From the IMG/VR virus record IMGVR_UViG_3300042934_001339, positions 1 to 57,118 of that record: a stretch of DNA of 57,118 nucleotides. One strand, given 5' to 3'. Below are positions 1 to 9,700 of the stretch, in pieces. The position numbers and the translations under genes were made by a program. Within the stretch, counting starts at the first letter, position 1, and each line of letters begins with the position of its first letter. Below the pieces are notes generated by a model that saw nothing but the letters and a program-made list of their open reading frames with translations, was not told the DNA's origin and searched no databases. This stretch comes from a virus (Duplodnaviria; Caudoviricetes).

Positions 1-663
1 ATGTGCAGCCACTACCAGACGCTGAAAGACGCCGACCTGCTGCTCAAGAAATTTGGCGTGACCAAGCCCGGCATGCTCGGCAAGCACGACATGTGGCCGC
101 GATACCAGGGCGTCTTCGTGCGCAGGCCCCAGGAGCATGACGCTGGCGATGAAGCGGTACCGGCCCGCGAGGCTCCATTGGGCCGCTGGGGCCTGATCAG
201 TGCCATGACGAAGACCGACGGCCTGAACAAGGCCGGCAAGCTTTCCACCTTCAACGCCCGTAGCGAGACGGCGGCCAAGTCATTCACCTTCAGCAACGCT
301 TGGCGCCGCGCGCAGCACTGCATAATTCCAGCCGATGCCATCTTCGAGCCGGACTGGCGGTCAGGTAAGGCGGTGGCCACCCGCTTCACGCGGGCCGACG
401 GCGGGCCGCTGGGCATCGCCGGCTTATGGGATCGCTATCGAGACGCCGCCGGACAGTGGCAAGAGAGCTACACCATGCTGACAATCAACGCGGATGAGGA
501 TCCTCTGTTTCGCGACTACCATCAGGCGGGCAAAGAGAAGCGAATGGTGGTCATCCTGCCGGAGGGCGCCTACGGCGACTGGCTCACGGCCAGCGCCGAT
601 CAAAGCCGCGACTTCCTCGTGCCCTTCCCTTCCGACAAGCTGGCCGCCACTCCGATGACCTGA
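1..663 (+). CDS. SOS response-associated peptidase (SRAP/YedK/HMCES family), abasic-site processing protein
   Basis: N-terminal Met-Cys2; motifs WGLI, TFNARSET, CIIPADAIFEP, IAGLW, YTMLTINA, H..RMVVIL typical of SRAP. Confidence 0.92.
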   Translation: MCSHYQTLKDADLLLKKFGVTKPGMLGKHDMWPRYQGVFVRRPQEHDAGDEAVPAREAPLGRWGLISAMTKTDGLNKAGKLSTFNARSETAAKSFTFSNAWRRAQHCIIPADAIFEPDWRSGKAVATRFTRADGGPLGIAGLWDRYRDAAGQWQESYTMLTINADEDPLFRDYHQAGKEKRMVVILPEGAYGDWLTASADQSRDFLVPFPSDKLAATPMT

Positions 664-682
664 CCCCGATTCTGTTGCCATA

Positions 683-702
683 TACTGTATACCCATACAG
701 TA
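683..702 (+). promoter_or_regulatory. LexA (SOS) box
   Basis: TACTGT-ATACCCAT-ACAGTA matches the CTGT-N8-ACAG consensus, 16 nt upstream of ORF 719. Confidence 0.88.
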
Positions 703-718
703 ACACCACAGCAGGATC

Positions 719-1030
719 ATGCTTTGCTCTGTCGTCCGCACCCACTATCTCGGCCAGAAGCGCCGGGACAATGACCCCGCGCCAGCCGTCACCGGCACCG
801 TTCGGATGTACTCAATCACGCGCGAGGACATGCGCCGTCAGGTGCGCGTCATGACTATGGATGGCCTGGCGAAGTTTGGCGCGACAGCGAAGGGGCCGAT
901 CCCTGACCTGCTCGAACCAGAGCTGCTCACCTTTTGTTCGGACCGCGGGATGATGGTGTGTGGGTTTGAAGAGATCGACGGGCGGCGATACTACCAGGGC
1001 TGGTGGATGCAGTGGCAGACGGCGTCCTGA
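719..1030 (+). CDS. Small SOS-regulated hypothetical protein (candidate antirepressor)
   Basis: 103-aa ORF with AGGA RBS directly behind the LexA box. Confidence 0.75.
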   Translation: MLCSVVRTHYLGQKRRDNDPAPAVTGTVRMYSITREDMRRQVRVMTMDGLAKFGATAKGPIPDLLEPELLTFCSDRGMMVCGFEEIDGRRYYQGWWMQWQTAS

Positions 1031-1054
1031 CATTCAGCGAGACTCCGATACAAT
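1027..1054 (+). promoter_or_regulatory. Putative sigma70 promoter for the 1096-2641 cassette
   Basis: CTGACA-N16-TACAAT upstream of a GGAGG RBS. Confidence 0.4.
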
Positions 1055-1095
1055 CAGACAAACTAGACCATTTGCACGACGGAGGCGATTAAGCG

Positions 1096-2115
1096 GTGAC
1101 GAAAACAACTTCCACAAAGAAGGCGTACTACCGCCGCGCGCGGATCCAGCCTGATTCTCCACAGTCGCTGCAACAGTTGATCGCGGCCGCCCTGGCTGAC
1201 CGAACCAAGGTCAAGGAACGTTTGGAAGCCGTCGACGCAGGGGCGACGGCCTTCCGGCTGATCGCCGGCCATAAAGAAGTCGATGGGGTGCAATGCGGCA
1301 CGATGGTCACGTTCGAGCGCGGAAGCTACCAGTTGGTGGTGGACGACGACCCCGAGGCGACCTCCCTGCTCATGGCCGCTATCGAACCGCCGAAGAACGG
1401 TGAAAAGCAGCAACAGTTCGTGCCCGGGGCCCTGCTGTTCGCTGTGTTTGAAAACCACGTCGCAGTGGTCCAGTCTGCGGCATTGCGTTCCTCTGCCTTT
1501 GAGCAGCACTTGGCTTGGCTATTGCGGGATCAGACACAGCTCCTTGGCAAGGACCAAGGATTGGCGCTCGTGGATGAGCCGAAGCGCGCGACGGTCGACA
1601 AGATTCGTAAGTCTCATGTGAAAGCATTGTCCGTGGGCCGGCCTTTCATGGGATCCGTCGACTCGAAGGAATTTGGCAACGAGGACAATGCTCTGTCCCT
1701 GGCACCGAAGAAATCAAAAAGGGACGTATCAAAGTACAAGCCCGAGCCTTCCGTGTTGGAGTTCATAAAGAGCTTTCTTCCGGACGACAAATTTTCTAAA
1801 CTCAACCTAGAATCTGCGGTCTTTGATGGAGACTTAGAGGTGTGGCTCGAGATCAAGTATCCCTCTCGCGCTCGTTCCCAACCCGAGGACACTGCGAAGC
1901 TGATCGACGATATTGCATTGGCGTTACGTGACCAAGACGAAGGCTCCGTGGAATTGAAGCTTTTGGACGGGACAACCGTGCGGGGATCTGACTTAAAAAT
2001 CAGCAAGCCCCTGACCATGACGCTGTCTGCTGGCGTCCCCGATATCGAAGACTTCTACTCCGAGCTGGCGACATGGCTGACGGGCCTTCTGCAGAACGGA
2101 GTTGTGTCTACTTGA
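1096..2115 (+). CDS. Hypothetical soluble protein, RexA/RdgC-fold-like candidate
   Basis: 339-aa ORF, GTG start with GGAGG RBS, GC falls toward the 3' end; hydrophobic pattern resembles lambda RexA-like proteins by eye. Confidence 0.6.
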   Translation: MTKTTSTKKAYYRRARIQPDSPQSLQQLIAAALADRTKVKERLEAVDAGATAFRLIAGHKEVDGVQCGTMVTFERGSYQLVVDDDPEATSLLMAAIEPPKNGEKQQQFVPGALLFAVFENHVAVVQSAALRSSAFEQHLAWLLRDQTQLLGKDQGLALVDEPKRATVDKIRKSHVKALSVGRPFMGSVDSKEFGNEDNALSLAPKKSKRDVSKYKPEPSVLEFIKSFLPDDKFSKLNLESAVFDGDLEVWLEIKYPSRARSQPEDTAKLIDDIALALRDQDEGSVELKLLDGTTVRGSDLKISKPLTMTLSAGVPDIEDFYSELATWLTGLLQNGVVST

Positions 2116-2116
2116 A

Positions 2117-2641
2117 ATGAAAAAATATTCCCGCGCACTAATAGTTGTCCTCGTCACCTCCCTGTTCTGGGCGGCGGGCGAGTGGACGAGCTTCGCGTGG
2201 GGCGCGGGCGTAGTTAAGGGCTTGGCCGGAATTTTTGCCATCGTGTCGGCACTCTTGCTTTTCTTCTTCCGGCTCATGAATACAACAACCGGCGTGGGCA
2301 CGCTGAGCGGCCGGGAGATGGAACGGTACACGACCAAGCGAAAGGACATTCGGCGGCGCTTCTGGATAGTTCTAGGGGTGTCTGCATCTTGCAGCGGCGC
2401 CTTATGGATTCTGGGCCAATATGCAGAGAACCACCCTGTATTGCCCTTGGGTGCCGGCCTTGTCGGATTTTTGTTTGCCGTCAACGTGGCCAATGTCCTC
2501 TCAGTAGCCAAATGGATTGACGAAATTTCGGCGTTTGCCGACACGCTCAGATCGCGAGAGCAGCGAGTCAAAGAGAACGAGGCTTTAATGAAGCGTCTCG
2601 CCGAAGCGAAGAAGCGTTCCTCGCCTTCGTCTGTGCAATAG
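2117..2641 (+). CDS. 4-TM membrane protein with C-terminal coiled coil (RexB-like architecture)
   Basis: ATG 1 nt after the upstream stop; four hydrophobic segments then a charged helical tail. Confidence 0.7.
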   Translation: MKKYSRALIVVLVTSLFWAAGEWTSFAWGAGVVKGLAGIFAIVSALLLFFFRLMNTTTGVGTLSGREMERYTTKRKDIRRRFWIVLGVSASCSGALWILGQYAENHPVLPLGAGLVGFLFAVNVANVLSVAKWIDEISAFADTLRSREQRVKENEALMKRLAEAKKRSSPSSVQ

Positions 2642-2645
2642 AGGC

Positions 2646-2670
2646 GCGCCCCACTTTGGCATCGGGGCGC
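2646..2670. terminator. Hairpin between convergent genes
   Basis: GCGCCCC...GGGGCGC stem, no clear U tract. Confidence 0.3.
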
Positions 2671-2699
2671 TCAAGCCGTAGTTGGCGCTTTGCCGATTC

Positions 2700-3245
2700 T
2701 CAGGGGACCTTCGCCCTCACGTCGTCATATGTGCGTTCACAGGTCAGTCCGGCGACGCGGGCTCGGTCCGCAATTTCTGCAATCTCTCCAGCTCGCTCGC
2801 TAACCCGGCCGAGCATGTAGGCGAGCAGATCGACGGCGTCGGCCCCTGCCGGGCTTCCGTCGGTAAGGGCGGGATCGCGACCTGCTGCGGAGCTAGCCAG
2901 CGCGTCGACGCGCTCGAGCAACCCGCGGCGCTCAGCACGAGCACGAGCAGCATCCCCCGCCGCAGCAGCGGCCATTTTCTGTGCGTCATTTCGCTGTTTC
3001 TCCACGGCTTGGGTGCGCCGTCTTTCTTCGGTTCTTGCCGCTTCAATAGCGACGACGGTGGCCTGGGCTTGATCGTCCCTTGCTTTTGCATAGTCTCGTT
3101 CGATGTCGGCAATTTCAGCGCGATACCGCCAGCCTTGCGCGGTCCACGCCGCGCCGCCGACCAGCAATGCGCCAGCTGCCGCGGCGGCCGCATACCCGCG
3201 CCAGTCGGCCATCAGGCTGACGAGCTTCTTGCCGGCGGCCATCAT
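2700..3245 (-). CDS. i-spanin (Rz-like, DUF2514-type lysis protein)
   Basis: N-terminal TM (AAAGALLVGGAAWTAQGWRY), Ala-rich coiled coil, C-terminal AGLTCERTYD; ATG overlaps the endolysin stop. Confidence 0.85.
   Translation of the reverse strand: MMAAGKKLVSLMADWRGYAAAAAAGALLVGGAAWTAQGWRYRAEIADIERDYAKARDDQAQATVVAIEAARTEERRRTQAVEKQRNDAQKMAAAAAGDAARARAERRGLLERVDALASSAAGRDPALTDGSPAGADAVDLLAYMLGRVSERAGEIAEIADRARVAGLTCERTYDDVRAKVP
2744..2989 (-). CDS. o-spanin (Rz1-like lipoprotein) nested in the Rz gene
   Basis: MTHRKWPLLRRGMLLVLVLSAAGC lipobox, Pro-rich body, extra Cys residues, alternative frame inside Rz. Confidence 0.75.
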   Translation of the reverse strand: MTHRKWPLLRRGMLLVLVLSAAGCSSASTRWLAPQQVAIPPLPTEARQGPTPSICSPTCSAGLASELERLQKLRTEPASPD

Positions 3246-3652
3246 GCTGCTGCCTGCCAGCCGCGGGGCAGTTGGAAATGTGGTCCGTCCTTGAACGACT
3301 TCCAGTCCCCGCCCCACTCCACCGGCACGCCCAGATCCGCGGCGCAGGCCTTCACCACGTCGGCCAACTCTTTGAACCTGGCCCATTCGTTCCACGGAAT
3401 GACGCCCCCGACAAGCGGCGCCAGATCGACGGCATGGCCGTAGCCGTCGGCCTGCCGAAGGTGCAGACCATTCATGGTCTGGCTCTTGCCTGCGGCCACC
3501 AGCTCGCGCTGCCGTTCGGGCGTCCGCAGACCTTCCACCACAGTGAAATCCTCCGCCGTTCTTTCAATCGCCAGTTTGACGATCTCAACAAGCTGGGGGT
3601 GCACCCCCTCAAGGCGCTGTAGACTGCGCGCCGACAAGGCAAATCCAGACAT
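3242..3652 (-). CDS. Endolysin, M15 family L-Ala-D-Glu peptidase
   Basis: LEGVHPQL, EGLRT.ERQ, H...GHAVDL, WGGDW, DGPHFQL motifs. Confidence 0.92.
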   Translation of the reverse strand: MSGFALSARSLQRLEGVHPQLVEIVKLAIERTAEDFTVVEGLRTPERQRELVAAGKSQTMNGLHLRQADGYGHAVDLAPLVGGVIPWNEWARFKELADVVKACAADLGVPVEWGGDWKSFKDGPHFQLPRGWQAAA

Positions 3653-3661
3653 AGTTGCTCC

Positions 3662-3684
3662 AAAAAAACGCGCCCGAAGGCGCG
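3662..3684 (-). terminator. Intrinsic terminator between the giant virion gene and the endolysin
   Basis: minus strand CGCGCC-TTCG-GGCGCG-TTTTTTT. Confidence 0.85.
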
Positions 3685-3710
3685 GTGTTGCTCAGAAATA
3701 GCGGTTTCCA

Positions 3711-6700
3711 TCAGGGGCGCGCGGCCCGCGCGCGCTCGTCCGCAAGCATGGCCAGCCGGTTGCGCGCGCGGTACAACAGATCCAGCTGAGCGCGCTTCTC
3801 CTCCGGCTGCAGGTCGGCGCGCTCCAGTGCTTTGATCCTGGTGTTCACGTCCCGCAGTTGGCTATCCGCAGCCTTGAACAGAGCGCGCACGCGCAGTTGG
3901 TCATCGCCAGCCAGCTCGCGCGCGCGCTCCAGGTCGCCCAGCTCGCGGGCCTGCGAATACGCCGCATAGACCTGGTTCACTTCCCGCTGCTCGTCGTAGA
4001 AGCGCTGGATGTACTTGCTGCTTCGTGGGTCGGCCTCCTTCACGAAATCGCCCACCACGAACCAGTTGTCTACGCGGCCAAGGTCGCGGCGGGGGTTCTC
4101 CGGCAAGCCCGACAGCGGCCGTGCCAGATAGTCCGATACGTTCAGCGCCTGGGTGCCCAGCCAGCCGAAGTACCCGCGCGCCAGGTGCTCGACCCGCTGT
4201 GGCGAGACACCCAGCGCCCGGCCCAGCGCCACCGCGCCGGCGGAAGTTGATGCCGTGAAGCGATCGCCAGCTGGCAGGCGCTGCTGGCCCACGCTGTCGA
4301 TGTCGCGCTCGCGGAAGGAGTCATAGTTGAACGCCGCTTCCATGGCGGGCTTCACCAGTTGGGGCACGGGGTTCATGGATAGCTGCTCCGTCAGGATGGC
4401 GCCCACAGTGCGCCCAAAATCCCGCAGGCGGAAATCGTCGCCGCCAAACGCCAGCTCGGTGCCGCGTTCGACCACGCTGCCCAGGGCACCAATTTCGAAC
4501 GGCTTGGGGATGTAGACGAACTGGTTGGTGCCAGGCAGCTTGGTGATCCAGAACGAGTTGCGCGCCCAGTCCGGCAACTGCTTGTAGTCGTCGTCGTCCT
4601 TCATGCCCAGGTAGAGCAGCGCCGACGCCATCGCGACCGCGCCCGTCACGGCGGCAAAGCGCGCAGGATCTGCGGCTGCGCCGCGCCCCAGCTTGTACAT
4701 GCCCTGCAGGCGAGCGTTGAAGAACGGCACGACCTGGGACAACAGGCGGATTGCCGAGAACGTGCCGCCGGCGGTGAAGTCCATCAAATCCCGCGCGGCG
4801 TAGCTGGCCTCCAGGTGGCTGCGCCCGGCTTTTCGCGCCTGCTGGTAGATCGCCGCGCGGTTGATCGTCTCCGCCCTATCGCCGGTTTCCTGGTACCAGT
4901 CAAAGGCCTTGCGCAACGCCCGCCCCATACCCGCGGGCGAAGTGATGACGTCGTCGGGGTGGGCACCCAGCTCGTCCACCAGACGCTTCACGTTGCGGGC
5001 GTTGCCGTCGTTGAAGGATCCGAACCGGACTGCGCCGCCGCCCGCCATCAGCCGGCGCCAGGTGTCGCTTTCGGACCCCGTCGCCTTCCAGCCTTCGGCC
5101 AAGTTGCGCAGCGGGTTGACGGACAGATTGCTGTCGATCGACATGGCCTGGATGGTGTCGCGCAGCAGGTTGCGCACGCGGAACGTCGGACTGATCGTCA
5201 CGCCCACCGTCAGCGCCTGCTTGAACTTGCGGGCCGCCTTGGTGAATGGGTCATTGGACCCCACGTAGTGCAGGGCCGTGAGCGCGTTCATCACCAGCGG
5301 ATCGTCCACTAGGTAGTGCCGCTCCTGACCGTTGAACATGGCCCGCACGCTCCCGCGCTCGGCTTGGCGCGCGCGCGTGGCAATGCCAAGCTTTTCCGCC
5401 TCTTGCAGGGCGCCCTGCGCGGCCAGGTTCTTCATGCTGGCCGAAAGCAGGTGGGACCAGTTCGACACCGTGTTGGCGACCAAGTCGCCCAGCTTGTCGG
5501 TGCCGCCCTTCAACCGCTTGTAGGCGTGCTGGCCGACTAGGCCGCCGATTTGGCCAGGCCCCATCGTGCCGGTGGCATCGTCCTCCATAACACGGTAGAA
5601 CGGGACGTAAAACTCGCTCTCCCACAGCTGGCGGGCGCTGGGATCGACCAGGCCAGCCTCCTGCGCCACGTCCAGCACAGAGCGCTGCAGGGCATTGAAC
5701 TCGGCTAGCGCCTCACGGTAAACCGCCGCGCGGTCGCGGCCATCGGCCATCTTGCCGGCGGCGAGCCGTTTGCCAGCCGCGATATCCTCGGGAGTGAACA
5801 GGCGTTCGCGCGACGCAGCTTCCGCCTTGGCGCCCGGCCACTTCGCCGCTTCTGCACGCGCCGCGGCTTCGTTGGCAAAGCGCTCGGTCACGCCATTGTC
5901 GAATCGCACCTGCCATTCCGCGGCCAGGCGCTCGGCTCGGTTGGCTGCAATCCAGGCCATGAAATGATCGTGCTCGCCATTCAGGCCGGCCAGGATCTCG
6001 GCCAAGCCCTTCCCGCCGGCGGTGTCCAGCGCGCCGTCCTGCAACTTGACGGCACCATGGCGTACCAAATACTCCGCTGCGCCGTCTGCACCCTTGGACA
6101 GGCGCGCCTGCATGTAGGCGGTTGCGCTGATGCCCTTGAGCGGCGCGAACTGGTCGAAGATGCCCTGCACCAGCTTGGCCTGCCACCGGTCGGACACTTT
6201 GACCAAGCGCTCCTTGATTGGGTCTTGCTCAGCCCATGCGCCGATCTTGCCCAGGAACTTGTTGCGCTGGCGGCGCTCGATGTCTGAAAGCGATTCGCCG
6301 GTTCGCGCGACCTTAGCGCCGCGCTTGGGCTCGCGTGGGGCGCGCGGTGCCATCGGCGGCACGGCCGCCGTGCCGGATGCGGCGCGCGACTCCATCGGCC
6401 CAGAAGTAGAAAGCCCCGCACTGGGCGGGGCTTCTTCGTTGGGGTCGCGGCTTAATGGGTTCGCGGCTTCTTCAGCAGCTCTCCTGCCAGCTCCGCCGAT
6501 TCGCGCATGTCTTTCAGCAGCAATTCGACCTCGGACGGCGTCAGGCGCGTCATGCTTGGCGAGGTAGCGACCTTCAGATTCTGTGAGCGCGTCGAAGCCG
6601 CGGCCAGTGGCTTCGCGGAAAGCTTGTTCGACATCGCCATAGCGGGCTCGCAGTTCTGACAGGGTTTCGGGGGACAGCCGCAAGGTAGCACTGTAGAGTT

Positions 6701-9700
6701 TGCCCGTCAACGCGAAGGACCCAACCACCCGGCCCCCATTCTGTTCGATGTGCGACGCCAGCGCGGCGAGGGTGCCGCCTTGCGTCAGGGTGTCATCGAC
6801 CAGGAAATACGGCTTGCCGGGCTGCACCGCCCCGTCGAACTCGGGCTGTTGGAAGATCCGCCCCAGGCCATCGAGCGCAGTGCGCTTCGCCTTGACGGAC
6901 TGATAGATGCCCACCTCCAGAGGCAGGCCAAGCCGCTCGGCCAAGGCGGTAGCCGTGACGACGGGAATCTTGTTGTGGCCAGCGGCTTCAATTGCCAAGA
7001 CCGGCACGACTGAGGGCTGTTCACCCCCGATCGCTTCCCGGACCTGCGCGACGGCGTCGTCAGACAGCACGTCCTGCACCAGACGCACGGCGGCCGCAGT
7101 GTCGCCGGCCTTGGCCGCAGGATGGTCCGGATGCTTGCCGGCCGTTCCCAGCCGTTGCCCGATGACCACGGACGGAAGTGAGACAGGGTCGGCGCCGCGG
7201 CGGGACTCTGCTGCCAGCGAGGCAGCTGCCTCTTGCATGCCGGCGCTCGCGCGCGCTGCGGGCGCGCGCTTCAAGAACCGGCCCGCATCGATCACCATCT
7301 GCTTGATGTCGATGTTGGTCAGCTTGAGATTCAGACCGAGCCGTCGCAGCGCAGCCCGGATCTTGCCGTAGAGCCGTTCCAGGAAGATGGGGCGGCTGCC
7401 CTGCTCCGCCATACGGGCCAGGACTTCGCGGGCCCGGTTCTCGGCGGAATAGTCGGGATAGCGCAGCGTCACCGCTTCGAACGTGGCGTAATGAGGATGA
7501 TCCGGCCCAGCGTTGCGCGGGATGTGCGCGCCGTCAGGCGCCCGCGCCAGGCGGCGCACGTCCGCCAGAACCTCGCCGAAGCGATCACCCAGCAGCGCCT
7601 CCACGCCGAAATGTCCCACCACCTCGTGCGTCAGGACCTGGTGCAGACGCTCAGCCGTCGGTAGGTTCTCGGCCACCAGGTAGATGCGTCCGCCGTCATT
7701 GGCGGGGTAATAGGCGCCCTCGGCGAGAGTAGACGGCTTGGCCCCTTCCGGGATCTGGTCCACGCTTTCCACGACCGACACACGAAGGTTGGCTGCGCCG
7801 GGCAGATTGCCCATGAACTCGGCCGCCTGGCGGCGCGCTTCCGCCACCTCCAGGCCGGGCCCACCTTCGCCGCGACTCTCCAGGCCAATCCGCCCATCCT
7901 CGCCGGGCACCTGCTCCACGGTTTGGAAAAAGCGATCGAACGCAGCGCGCACCGGCGCGATTTCGGCGGCAGTCGGATAGGGATAGCTGGCCTCGTCGCC
8001 GAATGCCTTTTCATTGACCACGTTCGCCAGATAGTCGTTGGCTGCGCCCTGGTCGACCAGCTTGGCGATCAGGTAGCTTTCAAACGCCCGCGCCGACAGC
8101 TCGCGGCCCGTGGACCAATAATCCTTTGCCCGGCGCTCGTCCAGTTTGCTGGACCGCTCCCGCATGCCAATCAGACCAATAGTCTGCTTCAGATTACCGA
8201 AGGCCTCAGCCATGGCCGGCCGGATTCCGTCGGTTCGGTTGCCAGTCTCCGAGGCGTAGCCCGCCAGCGCTCCGCCCCGACGCGAGAAATAATTGTCCAG
8301 CCCGTGCCACCATTCATGGCCCAGCGAGCCAGCGCCGCGACCCTTCGTCAGGTTGATCACCACCTGGCCCGGCTCGTAGTGGGCCACAGCTGCATCCACG
8401 CCGCCCCGGCCGCGTGCGCCGAACGCCAGCCCCAATTCCCCGTTCAGGGACAACGCACGTGCCGGCAGGCCAAGCACGCCGGCCATATCCATGAGTGCGT
8501 CGTATGCCTCGTTCAGGTCGGCTTGGCGGCGACCCCCTTCGACGTAATTGCCGAACTGCACGCCGCGGAACCCAAATGCCTCTGTGAACCGCTCCGGCGA
8601 GACGTCGGCGCCGTCACGATGGTCCACGCCCACGCGCGGCGAATTCGAACCGCGGCGATGAGCCGGCACCTCCTTAAGCTTCTCCAGCTTTTCGGCCAGG
8701 CGGTCCTTGTTCTCTGCCAAATACGCCCGCGCTGCCTTGATATCAGTGAAGTGCTCCAGGTCGACATGCACACGCCCGACCTTCTTGCCGATGTAGAACC
8801 CGGGCATACGCGGACGCGAGTAAATATCGAATCGCACCTCGCGCTCGGGCGCCGCTCGCTCATCCTGCTGCGCGGCAAAGCGCTGGAACTCAGCGATCGC
8901 CGCCTCAGCAGTATCGCCGTGGCCCAGCATACGCGGCCAGTTACCCAGGCTTGAAGACGCACCGCGTTGCACACTCCAGATCGTCCGCGGCGGGTCGTGG
9001 CGCACGCCCGCGAACACGCTGTACTGGCCAGATTCCAGCGTGACGCCCCGCAGGGACTGTCCGTGCCCCAAGGCTTCATAGAGCCGCGCACGTCCGTATA
9101 CCTTGCGAAGTTCGGGGGGCTTCTCCAGCCCGGCGCGAATGTCGCCGCTCGAGACCTTTCCGCTTAGGAGCGTGCCGGAAAACTCGCGCAGCCGTTGGAC
9201 TTGATCCGTCCATCCACGCAGCTTCCAGCTGCTGCGCGGCTTGGCCGGCACTTCATCGCGGGCCGCACGCGCCAATGCCACCAGGAATGGATCGGCGCCA
9301 TCCTCGAGCAGCTTGGCATAGTTGGGTTCGGGCCAGGATTCGGCGAGGGTATGGTTGGCGATTGGCAGCGTTTCGGCCAGGCGCATGCGTTCGGCGTATT
9401 GCTGCGCGTAATGCTTGCGGGCACCCCGCAGCGTTTCGCCGAAATCTTCGATCTTGCCGTCGGCATTGGACGACGGCCGCTCCGCGGACGTCTTTGGGGC
9501 TGCTTCCTGGGTGGGCGCGTTGACCGAGGCCAGTTCCTGCTGGCCTCTCGCCGCGGCCTGGTCTGGGGCGCGGTCGCTACCTGTCAGGACGAAGTCGTCT
9601 CGAGAGGAATCTGCGACAGCGCGCTGCTCCGCCTCGCGCTCACGCGCAGCGGTCTTTCGGTCGACCTCGGCCTGCTCCTGGGCCGCATTGCGCAGACCCT

